Of a stretch of DNA of 64,000 nt, positions 41,377-51,532 are shown one piece after another (the first letter of the stretch is position 1; every line of letters starts with the position of its first letter). This stretch comes from Desulfobacterales bacterium (GTDB lineage Bacteria; Desulfobacterota; Desulfobacteria; Desulfobacterales; UBA2174). The stretch is taken from NCBI GenBank assembly GCA_963668645.2, contig CAXXWC010000003.1:416001-480000 (forward strand), given 5' to 3'. The notes under the pieces were generated by a model, which was given only the letters and a program-made list of their open reading frames with translations, ran no database searches and had not been told where the DNA came from. The position numbers were made by a program, and so were the translations under genes.

Positions 41377-43464
41377 CTACATTTTTCCTGCCAGCGCATT
41401 GAGCACCAACGTGATGGGGCGGTTTTCTTCGCTCTCGCCTGAAAATCTGATTGGACCGGGGATGCGGTAATTGTCCGGCCCGGGCACGGCCGCCAACCAG
41501 GTTTCACGCAGCCCCTTGACCACCCGAAACGCTGCCGAACCGGTATCCACAACGCTTTTTTCGATCACCAGGGCCAAGCGGCCGCCGCGCTCCTCCAGGT
41601 GCATCAGGGGCGCGATGGGCACGCCGATGGGTTCCCAGTGATCGAAATCCTGATCGAGGTTGCGGATGGCGGCCATCTGCCCGGTGGCCCCGTTGGCGAT
41701 CAGGGAAAAGACGGTCAACCCCAGGTTATAGGTGTAATTGCAATCAAAACGGGTCGGATTGGCACCCCGGCCATCATACCCGTAAAAATGGGTCTGGGTC
41801 TTAAACTTGGGAACCGATTTTTGAAAAATCTTGTCCACCGCCGGCGGCACCGCCCCGGCATCGCCCAAGACCCCGACACGCACCAGCTCCTGCTTGAGGG
41901 TTTTGACCGAAATGATGGCCGGCTTGACCATTAAAAACCCTTCCCGGGGATACTCGGCAAAAAGCGCCGCACCGAAGCGGTCCGGGTCCAGGCCGGCGCT
42001 TTGCATGGTCTTGCGGTAGTAGGCGGCGTCGATGCCGATCTTGTACAGGCCCTTTTCCTTCAGAAAATTGAGATAGTCGGCAACCAATCCCATGATCACC
42101 TTATCGGTTTCCACCTGGGAAAACTGGAAGTTGCCGTGGCTGTCGCGTTCGGTGAGCAGCCCTTCCTGGAAGAACGCCGGAATGTCGTTGAACAGGTCGT
42201 CATCCCGGGTGCTCCAGACCGGCAGCACGTTTTCTTCCCGGCTGCGCCGGGCCATGCGGCGCAGGTACTCCAGCTTGTCTTCCAGCAATGGGAAGGCGGC
42301 GTGAAAGCCGGTGTCGTGGGTCTGGTTGTACTCGGAGATAATCGTGTTGAGCTTGATAATAAAAATCTGGATCTCGTTGATGAACTCCAGCACCCCTTCC
42401 GGAATCACCATCACTCCGAAATTTTTCCCCACCGCCGCCCGGCGCACGATGGCGTCGCAGATCACGCGCGACAAATGGCGCAGGGTCATCCCGTAGGCCG
42501 TGTGGTCTACCGTACTTTCAGCCTCGGCCCTGGCAATGCGGTTTTTATCCACGTACTCGGCCAGCTCTTCTCCGATAAGGGTGATGTTGGCATGGGTCTG
42601 CAAGGCCACTTCAAGGGCCAGGTGGCTCGCCACCCGCCCCATCACCTTGCAGATATGCCAGTATTTGACGTCGCTGCTCGCGTCGGTGCACAGGTTGCTT
42701 ACCGCCTCGGAAAAAGCACGCGCCGCGGTGTGGAATCCGAAGCTGATAGCGCACAACACCGCTCCGTTGCGGTCGCGCACCTGGATGTCTCCGTCTATGG
42801 TTTTCGGCACGCCGATCACCTGCACCCCGTCGACAGCCAACTCCTCGGCCAGAAAGGCGGCATTGGTATTCGAATCGTCTCCGCCCACGATGACCAGAGC
42901 ATCCAGCTTCAGGGCGGCGCAGGTCTGGCGGGAAAGCGCCATCTTGGCCGCCGTGTCGATCTTGGCCCGGCCGGTGTGGATCATGGTAAAACCGCCCAGG
43001 TTTCGGTAAGCATCCACCTTGGCGTCGGTAAGCAAAACCGCCTCGTTTTCGATCACTCCGTCGGGACCGAGCAAAAAACCGTAGATCTCGCTCTTCTGGT
43101 TGGCGGCTTTGGCCGCATCGTAAAGACCGGCAATCACATTGTGCCCCCCGGGGGCCGGCCCTCCGGAAAAGACGATGCCGATACGCCGCGTACGCTCGTA
43201 GGCTGCACTTTCTTGCGGGTTGAGATCATCGGCGCCGGTGACCTCCTCAACCCGCCGGTCTATGATCGAGGGCAGCAACCGCCGTGCTTCGCGGTCAATT
43301 TCGAACACGTATTGATCGCAGGGGGTCAGGCGCGTGTAACGGCAATCGAAAGCCGAACAACGGGGCGGTCGGTAGGAGCGCCGCTCCACGAGTCCGGTGT
43401 TCACGTTGGAAACGACCTCTTGAACCGCCGGCAGTTCCAAAAACCGCTTGCCTTGATCGGACAT
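41377..43464 (-). CDS. pfp: Pyrophosphate-dependent phosphofructokinase (long form)
   Basis: SGGPAPGGHNV, YRNLGGF, GGDDSNTNA, PKTIDGD, VMGR.ASH, PEG, FYGYDGR; ATG 43464 after GGAGGAG. Confidence 0.9.
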   Translation of the reverse strand: MSDQGKRFLELPAVQEVVSNVNTGLVERRSYRPPRCSAFDCRYTRLTPCDQYVFEIDREARRLLPSIIDRRVEEVTGADDLNPQESAAYERTRRIGIVFSGGPAPGGHNVIAGLYDAAKAANQKSEIYGFLLGPDGVIENEAVLLTDAKVDAYRNLGGFTMIHTGRAKIDTAAKMALSRQTCAALKLDALVIVGGDDSNTNAAFLAEELAVDGVQVIGVPKTIDGDIQVRDRNGAVLCAISFGFHTAARAFSEAVSNLCTDASSDVKYWHICKVMGRVASHLALEVALQTHANITLIGEELAEYVDKNRIARAEAESTVDHTAYGMTLRHLSRVICDAIVRRAAVGKNFGVMVIPEGVLEFINEIQIFIIKLNTIISEYNQTHDTGFHAAFPLLEDKLEYLRRMARRSREENVLPVWSTRDDDLFNDIPAFFQEGLLTERDSHGNFQFSQVETDKVIMGLVADYLNFLKEKGLYKIGIDAAYYRKTMQSAGLDPDRFGAALFAEYPREGFLMVKPAIISVKTLKQELVRVGVLGDAGAVPPAVDKIFQKSVPKFKTQTHFYGYDGRGANPTRFDCNYTYNLGLTVFSLIANGATGQMAAIRNLDQDFDHWEPIGVPIAPLMHLEERGGRLALVIEKSVVDTGSAAFRVVKGLRETWLAAVPGPDNYRIPGPIRFSGESEENRPITLVLNALAGKM

Positions 43465-43504
43465 GGTCTCCTCCATGTGGAAAATGATTGATCATCGTAA
43501 GGGG

Positions 43505-43534
43505 ATGATAAGGGGATGGGCCAACGGGTGTCAA
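43505..43534 (-). promoter_or_regulatory. Candidate promoter of pfp
   Basis: Minus strand TTGACA (43534-43529)-N18-TATCAT (43510-43505). Confidence 0.6.
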
Positions 43535-43693
43535 GATGATCGAAAATCCTTTGGCTCCAGAGGCCTTAGGCGAACACAAAGAGACTTTACATCCACGGTG
43601 CTTTAGGCTACAGGAGACAGAATTCACTAGTTCCCCCGTGGCTTTTCATGCCGTTAACTCAATCGAAAAACTTTGCTGCTAAGGAGGACGCCG

Positions 43694-44542
43694 ATGAAAA
43701 AATGCTCACTCATGTGGACCTTGGCCGTCGTTATGATGATCATTCTGCCCCTTTCCATCGCCGGCGGCCAGAACGCCAGTGCCGCCGATGTTCGTATGGA
43801 GCTGATCAAGCAGTCGACCCTTGAAGAGATCTTGCAGCGCGGCGAACTGCGCGTCGGTTTCGAAGCCGGCTACATGCCCTTTGAGATGACCGACAAAAAG
43901 GGACAATTCGTCGGCTTTGACATCGACCTGGCCAGGGATATGGCCAAAGCCATGGGCGTCAAGTTCGTGCCGGTCAACACTGCCTGGGACGGGATCATTC
44001 CAGCCCTGCTGACCAAGAAGTTCGACATCATCATGAGCGGCATGACCGTCACCCAGGAACGCAACCTCAAGATCAACTTCGCCGATCCGTACATCGTGGT
44101 GGGCCAGGCGATCCTGCTCAACAAGAAACATGAAGGCACGGTAAAGTCTTACAAGGATCTTAACGATCCCAAATACATCGTCACCTCCAAACTCGGCACC
44201 ACCGGCGAGCAGGCGGTCAAACGCATGATTCCCAAGGCGGCCTACAAGAGTTTCGAGACCGAAACCGAAGCGGCCCTGGAAGTGGTCAACGGCAAGGCCG
44301 ATGCCTATGTCTACGACCAGCCCAATTGTGTGGTCTTCATGGCCGAACAGGGCAAGGACAAGCTCATTTTTCTGGATGAACCGTTCACTTACGAACCGCT
44401 GGCCTGGGCTGTGCGCAAAGGCGATCCGGACTTCATCAACTGGCTGAACAACTTTTTGCGCCAGTACAAAAACGACGGCCGCTACGAAACGGTCTACAAC
44501 AAGTGGATCAAGAGCACCGACTGGTACGCCAACGTCAAGTAA
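43694..44542 (+). CDS. Polar amino-acid ABC transporter substrate-binding protein
   Basis: Signal peptide, RGELRVG, PFE, GFDIDLA, WDGIIPAL, GMTVTQER; AAGGAGG RBS. Confidence 0.95.
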   Translation: MKKCSLMWTLAVVMMIILPLSIAGGQNASAADVRMELIKQSTLEEILQRGELRVGFEAGYMPFEMTDKKGQFVGFDIDLARDMAKAMGVKFVPVNTAWDGIIPALLTKKFDIIMSGMTVTQERNLKINFADPYIVVGQAILLNKKHEGTVKSYKDLNDPKYIVTSKLGTTGEQAVKRMIPKAAYKSFETETEAALEVVNGKADAYVYDQPNCVVFMAEQGKDKLIFLDEPFTYEPLAWAVRKGDPDFINWLNNFLRQYKNDGRYETVYNKWIKSTDWYANVK

Positions 44543-44552
44543 ATCCACGTCT

Positions 44553-44590
44553 CGGCCGCCGGCGCCCCGGCACCGGCGGCCGTCTTTTTT
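44553..44590 (+). terminator. GC hairpin plus T run between the SBP and permease genes
   Basis: CGGCCGCCGGCGCC...GGCACCGGCGGCCG-TCTTTTTT. Confidence 0.7.
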
Positions 44591-44629
44591 CCCGTTTCCG
44601 GGTTGACTCACCAGGTTCCTCAGGTTCCT

Positions 44630-45685
44630 ATGGCTGCATCATCATCCACTGTTTCGCGCGCCAAACACCCCATGAGTTACTACGGCTGGGCTGCGCTGTT
44701 CTTCGTGCTGCTGGCCTGCGCGCTGGGGTTCATCTATTACTCGACCCTGAAAATCGACTATGTCTGGCGCTGGTACCGGATTCCGCAATACTTCCTGTTT
44801 CATGACACCATCGAAACCCGGGCAGAAATTCCCGGCGAGGTGCAGAAAATCGAGCGCCAGGATAAAACCGTGCGTGTCGTGGTCTCAGGCGTTGAAGGCA
44901 GCGAGACCTACAGCGCACCGGCCGAGCAGGTTCGCGTTTCCGAGGGTGACGTTATCTACAGCGGCGATGTGTTGATGGTCCACCACCGCTGGAAGGCCGG
45001 AATCCTGATCCAGGGGCTTTGGCTAACCTTGAAGGTCAGTGTCATCGCCATCATATTCGGGATTCTGATCGGGCTGTTCACCGGTTTGGCGCGTATCTCG
45101 GACAATCCGGCCTTCAAGTGGTCCGCCATTACCTATATCGAGCTGATTCGAGGCTCGCCCCTGCTGGTGCAGATCTTTATCTGGTATTTTGCCTTCGGCA
45201 CCCTGATCAACACGCTGATCGTCAAGAACGAAAGCCTGCAAGGGATGCTGAAAGCGTTGACCGGCAGCCAACAATTGGTCCAAATTCCGCCCCTCTGGTT
45301 CGGGATTGCGGCCCTGGCCACCTTCACCGGTGCCTATGTGGCGGAAATGGTCCGGGCGGGGATCCAATCGATCCACCGCGGCCAGACCGAAGCGGCCCGG
45401 TCTCTGGGAATGAACTATGCCCAATGCATGGGCCATGTGATCCTGCCCCAGGCCCTGCGGCGTATCATCCCGCCCCTGGCCGGCCAGTTCATCAGCCTGA
45501 TCAAGGACTCTTCACTGCTGGGCATCATCGCCATCCGGGAACTGACCAAAGCCACCCGTGAAGTGGTAACCACCAGTTTTCAACCTTTTGAACTCTGGAC
45601 GGTCTGCGCCCTGCTCTACCTGTTTTTGACCTTCACCCTCTCGATGCTGCTCCAGTACGTGGAAAGGAGGACGATCTCCTCGTGA
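44630..45685 (+). CDS. Polar amino-acid ABC permease with an extra soluble domain
   Basis: [41 protein letters not shown]; start uncertain (44603, 44630 or 44672). Confidence 0.93.
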   Translation: MAASSSTVSRAKHPMSYYGWAALFFVLLACALGFIYYSTLKIDYVWRWYRIPQYFLFHDTIETRAEIPGEVQKIERQDKTVRVVVSGVEGSETYSAPAEQVRVSEGDVIYSGDVLMVHHRWKAGILIQGLWLTLKVSVIAIIFGILIGLFTGLARISDNPAFKWSAITYIELIRGSPLLVQIFIWYFAFGTLINTLIVKNESLQGMLKALTGSQQLVQIPPLWFGIAALATFTGAYVAEMVRAGIQSIHRGQTEAARSLGMNYAQCMGHVILPQALRRIIPPLAGQFISLIKDSSLLGIIAIRELTKATREVVTTSFQPFELWTVCALLYLFLTFTLSMLLQYVERRTISS

Positions 45686-46413
45686 TTGACGTACACCACA
45701 TCTACAAGACCTTCCGCACCCCGCACAAAGTCAAGGCCCTGGTGGACGTCTCGACCACCGTCGCACCAGGTGAAGTGGTGGTGGTCATCGGGCCCTCCGG
45801 CTCGGGCAAGAGTACTTTTCTGCGCTGCCTCAACCGGCTGGAACACGCCGACAGTGGCCAGATCCTCATCGACGGGGTCGACATCCTCAACCCCAAAACC
45901 GATATCAACAAAGTGCGGGCCGAAGTCGGTATGGTTTTTCAGTCTTTCAACCTCTTTCCCCACAAGAGCGTCCTGCAAAACGTCACCCTGGCCCAGACCG
46001 TGGTGCGCCGGCGCCCCAAGACCGAAGCCCATGATCGGGCCATGGCCCTGCTGGGCAAGGTGGGAATCCAGGACAAGGCCAACGTCTTTCCGGATCAACT
46101 CTCAGGCGGCCAGCAGCAGCGGGTGGCCATCGCCCGGGCCTTGGCGATGAACCCCAAGGTGATGCTTTTCGATGAACCGACCTCGGCCCTGGACCCGGAA
46201 ATGATCGGCGAGGTCCTGGAGGTCATGAAAACCCTGGCCCGGGAAGGGATGACCATGGTGGTAGTGACCCACGAGATGGGTTTCGCCCGGGAAGTGGCTG
46301 ATCGGGTCATCTTCATGGATGCCGGCGCCATCGTGGAGGTGGGCACCCCGGAACACTTTTTCAAGAATCCGAATCACGACCGCACCAAACTCTTTTTAAG
46401 CCAGATCCTGTGA
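45682..46413 (+). CDS. Polar amino-acid ABC ATPase (GlnQ-like)
   Basis: [41 protein letters not shown]. Confidence 0.96.
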   Translation: MIDVHHIYKTFRTPHKVKALVDVSTTVAPGEVVVVIGPSGSGKSTFLRCLNRLEHADSGQILIDGVDILNPKTDINKVRAEVGMVFQSFNLFPHKSVLQNVTLAQTVVRRRPKTEAHDRAMALLGKVGIQDKANVFPDQLSGGQQQRVAIARALAMNPKVMLFDEPTSALDPEMIGEVLEVMKTLAREGMTMVVVTHEMGFAREVADRVIFMDAGAIVEVGTPEHFFKNPNHDRTKLFLSQIL

Positions 46414-46583
46414 ATCCGGCCGGTCCGCCGCCGCAGAGAAGGGCCGAACAGCCCCCATATCTGGTAGCCATAGCAAGCTTTTGACACTCCTGGTTGTGCA
46501 TTTGCCTTTACAACCCAGCCTGCCCTCTGGTATAAAATTCCCCGTAGTGCACCCTCTTTCTGACCATCGAGAAACGCGGGACG

Positions 46584-49500
46584 ATGCGGCTTAAAAAGCT
46601 CGAAATCATCGGCTTCAAATCCTTCCACGACAAGGTGGCGGTGGATTTTCCACCCGGCATTTCGGCCGTGGTGGGGCCCAACGGATGCGGCAAGAGCAAT
46701 ATCATCGATGCCCTGCGCTGGGTCATGGGCGAGCAGAGCGCCAAGCAACTGCGCGGCAAATCGATGGAGGACGTCATCTTCGCCGGTACCCGGGGCAAGC
46801 CGGCCCTGAACCTGGCCGAGGTCACGCTGACCTTGGCCAACGAGAACGGCAGCGCTCCGGCGGAATTTAAGAATTTCAGTGAAATCAGCATTACCCGCCG
46901 CCAGTATCGCTCCGCTGAACGGGCTTATTTCATCAACCGCCAGCCTTGCCGTCTCAAAGACGTTCTGAATATTTTCCTCGGCAGCGGCATGGGCGCCAAA
47001 TCCTACGCCATCATCCAGCAGGGCAACATCGGCGCCATCACCGACGCCGGCCCCGAGGAACGGCGGATCTTCATCGAAGAGGCGGCGAGCATCACACGCT
47101 TCAAGGCCCGCAAGCAGGAGGCGTTGAGCAAGGTCCAGTCCACCGAGCAGAACCTGCTGCGCCTGGACGACATCATCGGTGAAATCAAGCGTCAAATGGG
47201 CGGCCTCCAGCGCCAGGCCAAGAAGGCGGCCCTCTACCACAAGCACCAGGAGCGCCTCCGTTTCCTCGACCTGACCCTGGCCCTGCGCCAGCATGAAGCC
47301 CTTAAGGGCAACATTAAAGAGATCCAGACTCTGCTCACCGCCCAACGTGATGCCGACCAGGGCCACCTGGCCGCTTTGCACCAAATCGATGCCGCCGTGG
47401 CGCGCATCAAGTTCGAGCGTACCCGTGCCGAAGAAACGGTCAACGCCCAAGTCCAGCAGCGCTTCGAGCTGCAGCGCAGCACGGACCGTTTGGAGAACGA
47501 CCTGGCCCACCGGCGCGAAGAGATGAAGCGGTTGAATCGGGAAATCCAGGAGGCCGGCGCGACCCGGGCCGAGATCATCGGCAAGAACCAAGCCATCGGC
47601 CAGGAGATCCATCAGGTGGAATCCGAGCTGGCGGACCACCGGCAGAAAGCCGAAGCCCTGAACGCATCCATCGAGGCCGAACACCGGGCCTCGGAAGCCT
47701 TGCGTGTACGGCAGACCGATACCGCAGCAGCGCTCACCGAAGTCAATAGCCGCTTGACGGCGCTGGTGGCCGAGCAGGCACGCCTTCACAATATGCACCT
47801 GAGCGCCAGCGGTACTCGCGAGAATCTGGAACGAAGGCTAAGACGCCTCGGCGAAACCATCGGTCTGCAGCGCTCCAAGGTGGCCGAACTGGGCCAATCC
47901 GAAAAAACGGCCCGATCCGAAATGGAACAGCTGCGCGCGGATCTGTCCGCCGCCGCGCAACGCATCGCAGAACTTCACCAGACCCTCGACGCCCATAACC
48001 GGACCTTGGCCGCCCAAGTGCGCAAAGCGCAGACGATCGAATTGGAAAGCGGCAAACTGCGCACCCGCTACGGTGCCTTGAAAAAAATGGAGGAAAGCCT
48101 CGAGTGGTACCGTGACGGGGTACGCACGGTGATGCAGGCGGCCAAAACCGGCGCCACGGGATTCCGGGTGGTGGGTCTTCTGGCCGATATCCTGGTGCCC
48201 GATCCCGAATACGCTGTGGCCACAGAAGCGGTAATGGGAGAGGCCCTGCAATACATCATGGTCCCCTCGTCGCAAGATGCGATGGCTGCCATCGGCTATC
48301 TGCGCGAAAGTGAGGGCGGCCGCGGCGGTTTCATCCCCTTGGATGGGCCCGAGCCGCTGAACATCCCCTCTGCCGGGCAGGGCGATCGGCTCCTGGATCA
48401 TGTGAAGGTGGCACCGGGCTTCGAGGCCGTGGCAGAAGCCCTGCTGGGCCATGTCTGGCTGGTTCGGGATCTAACCGGCCAGCAGCGCCCCGTAGAAGAT
48501 CCCGCTCACCGGCGGATCGCAGTGGTGACCTGCCAGGGGGATACCGTCAGCGAACAGGGGGTGGTGACCGGTGGCAGCGCCCTTGGCCTGTCCGGCATCC
48601 TGGCCAAAAAACAGGAATTGCGAGACCTTGAAAGTCATATCGAAACGCTGGAACACCGGCTTGGCCAGGCCCGGGCCCACCAGGAAAAGCTGGAAAAGGA
48701 CAGCTGCACCCACCAGCAGGTCCTGCAACGCGAAACGGTCGCCAAACAGCAGCTGGCCGACGAAGCCCTGCAAGCGGAAAAAGCCCTCTACCGGGTTGGC
48801 GAGGAACTGCGCCAGGCCCGGCGCCATCTGGAGACCCTGGCCCTGGAAGAAGAACAACTTCTCGGCGAAGAAAGCGATGCCAGCGCCCAATTGCAGCAAC
48901 TGGACCGGATGGCAGAGCAAATCGGCGCGAAAATCCAGGCCCACCAGCAGAAGGTCGCACTGCTGAACGGTGAGGCCCAAGAATCCAATGAGCAGCTCCA
49001 GCGTTTCGACCAGCGCATCGTCGAACTCAAGCTGGAACGCACCGCTGCGACCGCCGGGCGCGACAGCGCCCGGCAAACCCTGGAGCGGTTGCAGCGCTTT
49101 TACCAGGACGGCGACCAGCGCCTCGAACAGCTGGAGCGAAGCCTGGCCACCAAGATCGAACGGCAGCGTGCCATTGAAACGGAGATCCGCCAGGCGCTAG
49201 ATGCCCTTGAAATACATCACCGCGACCTTGAACGCCTCGCGGCGGACATCGAAACCCATGAATCCGAACTGGCCGCCATCCAAACCCGCCTGGAGTCCCG
49301 GGACGCCGAGGCTGTTCGGGTGCAAAAAGAGCGCAGTGTGGCCCTCGAAAAGATCCGGGTCCTGGAGATGGATCTTTCGCGCAACCAGGTGCGCTGTGAT
49401 GCCCTGGTGCAGCGGCTGGCCGACAGCTACCAACTGGACATGGCCGGTGCGGCCGCCGAATGCCGCCGCCACGACGATTATGAGTCACTCAGGGACGTGC

Positions 49501-50165
49501 CCCTCGACACAATGGAAAAGGAGATCGAAGCGCTGCGAAACCGCATCGCCGCCATCACCGATGTCAACCTGGGCGCCATCAAGGAGTATGATCAGCTCAA
49601 GGAGCGCCACGAATTTCTGGCAGCCCAGCGCACGGATCTGGTCAAGGCCCTGGACGATCTGCACAAAGTGATTCGCAAGATCAACCAGGTGACCCAGGAA
49701 CGCTTCAGCCAGACCCTGGATCAGGTCAACGACCGGATGCAGGAGGTCTTTCCCAAATTGTTCGAGGGCGGATCTGGAAGGCTGGTGATGACCGAACCGG
49801 AAAACCCGCTGGAGACCGGCGTCGAGTTTCTGATCCATCCGCCGGGCAAGAAGTTGACCCGCATGAGCCTGCTCTCCGGCGGAGAGAAAGCCATGGCCGC
49901 CATCGCCTTTATCTTCTCGATTTTCCTGATCAGACCGGCCTCGTTTTGCCTGCTCGACGAAATCGACGCCCCCCTGGACGACGCCAATGTCCTGCGCTAT
50001 AATAATTTGCTCCGTCTGATCGGAGAAAAATCACAAATCGTGATGATTACCCATAACAAACGCAGCATGGAATTCGCCGACACCCTCTTCGGTGTGACCA
50101 TGCCCCAGAAGGGGATTTCGAAGATCGTTTCGGTCAATCTGCAAAAAACCGCCCAGGCGGCCTGA
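46584..50165 (+). CDS. smc: Chromosome segregation protein SMC
   Basis: GFKSF, GPNGCGKSN, coiled coils, hinge GGRGGFIPL, LSGGE, LLDEIDAPLD; followed by ftsY. Confidence 0.97.
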   Translation: MRLKKLEIIGFKSFHDKVAVDFPPGISAVVGPNGCGKSNIIDALRWVMGEQSAKQLRGKSMEDVIFAGTRGKPALNLAEVTLTLANENGSAPAEFKNFSEISITRRQYRSAERAYFINRQPCRLKDVLNIFLGSGMGAKSYAIIQQGNIGAITDAGPEERRIFIEEAASITRFKARKQEALSKVQSTEQNLLRLDDIIGEIKRQMGGLQRQAKKAALYHKHQERLRFLDLTLALRQHEALKGNIKEIQTLLTAQRDADQGHLAALHQIDAAVARIKFERTRAEETVNAQVQQRFELQRSTDRLENDLAHRREEMKRLNREIQEAGATRAEIIGKNQAIGQEIHQVESELADHRQKAEALNASIEAEHRASEALRVRQTDTAAALTEVNSRLTALVAEQARLHNMHLSASGTRENLERRLRRLGETIGLQRSKVAELGQSEKTARSEMEQLRADLSAAAQRIAELHQTLDAHNRTLAAQVRKAQTIELESGKLRTRYGALKKMEESLEWYRDGVRTVMQAAKTGATGFRVVGLLADILVPDPEYAVATEAVMGEALQYIMVPSSQDAMAAIGYLRESEGGRGGFIPLDGPEPLNIPSAGQGDRLLDHVKVAPGFEAVAEALLGHVWLVRDLTGQQRPVEDPAHRRIAVVTCQGDTVSEQGVVTGGSALGLSGILAKKQELRDLESHIETLEHRLGQARAHQEKLEKDSCTHQQVLQRETVAKQQLADEALQAEKALYRVGEELRQARRHLETLALEEEQLLGEESDASAQLQQLDRMAEQIGAKIQAHQQKVALLNGEAQESNEQLQRFDQRIVELKLERTAATAGRDSARQTLERLQRFYQDGDQRLEQLERSLATKIERQRAIETEIRQALDALEIHHRDLERLAADIETHESELAAIQTRLESRDAEAVRVQKERSVALEKIRVLEMDLSRNQVRCDALVQRLADSYQLDMAGAAAECRRHDDYESLRDVPLDTMEKEIEALRNRIAAITDVNLGAIKEYDQLKERHEFLAAQRTDLVKALDDLHKVIRKINQVTQERFSQTLDQVNDRMQEVFPKLFEGGSGRLVMTEPENPLETGVEFLIHPPGKKLTRMSLLSGGEKAMAAIAFIFSIFLIRPASFCLLDEIDAPLDDANVLRYNNLLRLIGEKSQIVMITHNKRSMEFADTLFGVTMPQKGISKIVSVNLQKTAQAA

Positions 50166-50192
50166 AAAACGCCCGGAAGAAGTCAAGCGCCC

Positions 50193-51254
50193 ATGGCCTT
50201 TAAGTGGTTGAAAAAATCTAAAGAACAAAGCGACACCCCGTCAAATGATGCTGAGCTGGCACATCCGGCCGCGCCAAAAAGCCCGCAGCCCCCATCCGCC
50301 GCGCCGCCGGCCCCGCAAACGGCGCCGGCCCCTGCCGATGATAATTGCAAAGTCGGATTCATGGCGCGCCTGCGGCAGGGATTGGCCAAAACCCGTAACT
50401 TTCTGACCACCGATATCGAAGATCTTTTCTCCGGTCGCCGGCAAATCGACGACGAGATGCTCGAAGACCTCGAGGCGCTGCTGATCATGGCCGATATCGG
50501 CGCCCCTGCCGCCATGGACCTAGTGGCGACCATTCAACAGGGTGCAGGCCGCATCCAGGATGCCGAAGGGCTCAAGAACGCCCTGAAAGCCGAAATTCAA
50601 CGCCTGATCCAGGTACCGGCCCCGGCGGCGGGTGCAGCCCGGGGCAAACCGCATGTGATCATGGTGGTGGGCGTCAACGGGGTGGGCAAGACCACGACCA
50701 TCGGCAAAATGGCAGCCAAGGCCGCCGCGGCAGGCCAGCAGGTGGTGGTGGTGGCGGCCGACACTTTCCGAGCCGCGGCCATCGAACAGCTCGGCATCTG
50801 GGCCGAACGGGCCGGGGCCGATCTGATCCGCCACAAGGCCAATTCCGACCCGGCGGCGGTGGCTTACGACGGGGTGGCGGCTGCGGTGGCCCGGGGATCC
50901 GACCTGGTGCTCATCGACACCGCCGGCCGCTTGCACACCAACGTCAACCTGATGCAGGAGCTGAAAAAAATCCAGCGTACGATATCGCGCCAGCTTCCCG
51001 GGGCGCCTCAGGAAATACTGCTGGTGGTGGATGCCACCACCGGGCAAAACGGCCTGAACCAGGCCCGCCAGTTTCATGAGGCGTTGGGCGTGACCGGCAT
51101 TGCGCTGACCAAGCTCGACGGGACGGCTAAAGGCGGGATCGTGGTGAGCATCTGCCGCGATCTGAATCTGCCGCTTTGCTACGTTGGGGTGGGCGAGCAG
51201 ATCGCGGATCTGCAGCCCTTTGATGCCCGGGCCTTCGTCGAGGCCCTCTTCTAA
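50193..51254 (+). CDS. ftsY: SRP receptor FtsY
   Basis: GVNGVGKTTT, DTFRAAA, DTAGR, TKLDGTAKGG; Pro/Ala-rich N-terminus. Confidence 0.98.
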   Translation: MAFKWLKKSKEQSDTPSNDAELAHPAAPKSPQPPSAAPPAPQTAPAPADDNCKVGFMARLRQGLAKTRNFLTTDIEDLFSGRRQIDDEMLEDLEALLIMADIGAPAAMDLVATIQQGAGRIQDAEGLKNALKAEIQRLIQVPAPAAGAARGKPHVIMVVGVNGVGKTTTIGKMAAKAAAAGQQVVVVAADTFRAAAIEQLGIWAERAGADLIRHKANSDPAAVAYDGVAAAVARGSDLVLIDTAGRLHTNVNLMQELKKIQRTISRQLPGAPQEILLVVDATTGQNGLNQARQFHEALGVTGIALTKLDGTAKGGIVVSICRDLNLPLCYVGVGEQIADLQPFDARAFVEALF

Positions 51255-51532
51255 CGCCGGATGCCGAAGCCCTGGAACTCGCCGCGATACGGCTGGGCTT
51301 CGGCTTGCACCGAGGCCACGCCGGCAAAGGCAGGCCCTCTTCGGCACCAGGCGATGAGGGTCTCGACCGCTTCACGGTTCCCCTCGAACACCCCTTCCAC
51401 CGATCCGTCGGAGCGGTTGCGCACATAGCCTGCAACCCCCAAACGCTCGGCCTCACAGCGGGCTTCCCAGCGGTAGGCAACCCCTTGGACCCGGCCATGA
51501 ATCCGCACCCGGCAGCGGATTTTCTCACTCAT
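51251..51532 (-). CDS. acyP: Acylphosphatase
   Basis: GRVQGVAYR, GYVRNRSDGSVE, GP; ATG overlaps the ligase 3' end. Confidence 0.93.
   Translation of the reverse strand: MSEKIRCRVRIHGRVQGVAYRWEARCEAERLGVAGYVRNRSDGSVEGVFEGNREAVETLIAWCRRGPAFAGVASVQAEAQPYRGEFQGFGIRR

Noticed and set aside
46584..50165. SMC-like defence ATPase (Wadjet/Lamassu)
   Set aside because: It is a canonical full-length SMC with a hinge in the common smc-ftsY context, with no partner jet or effector genes.
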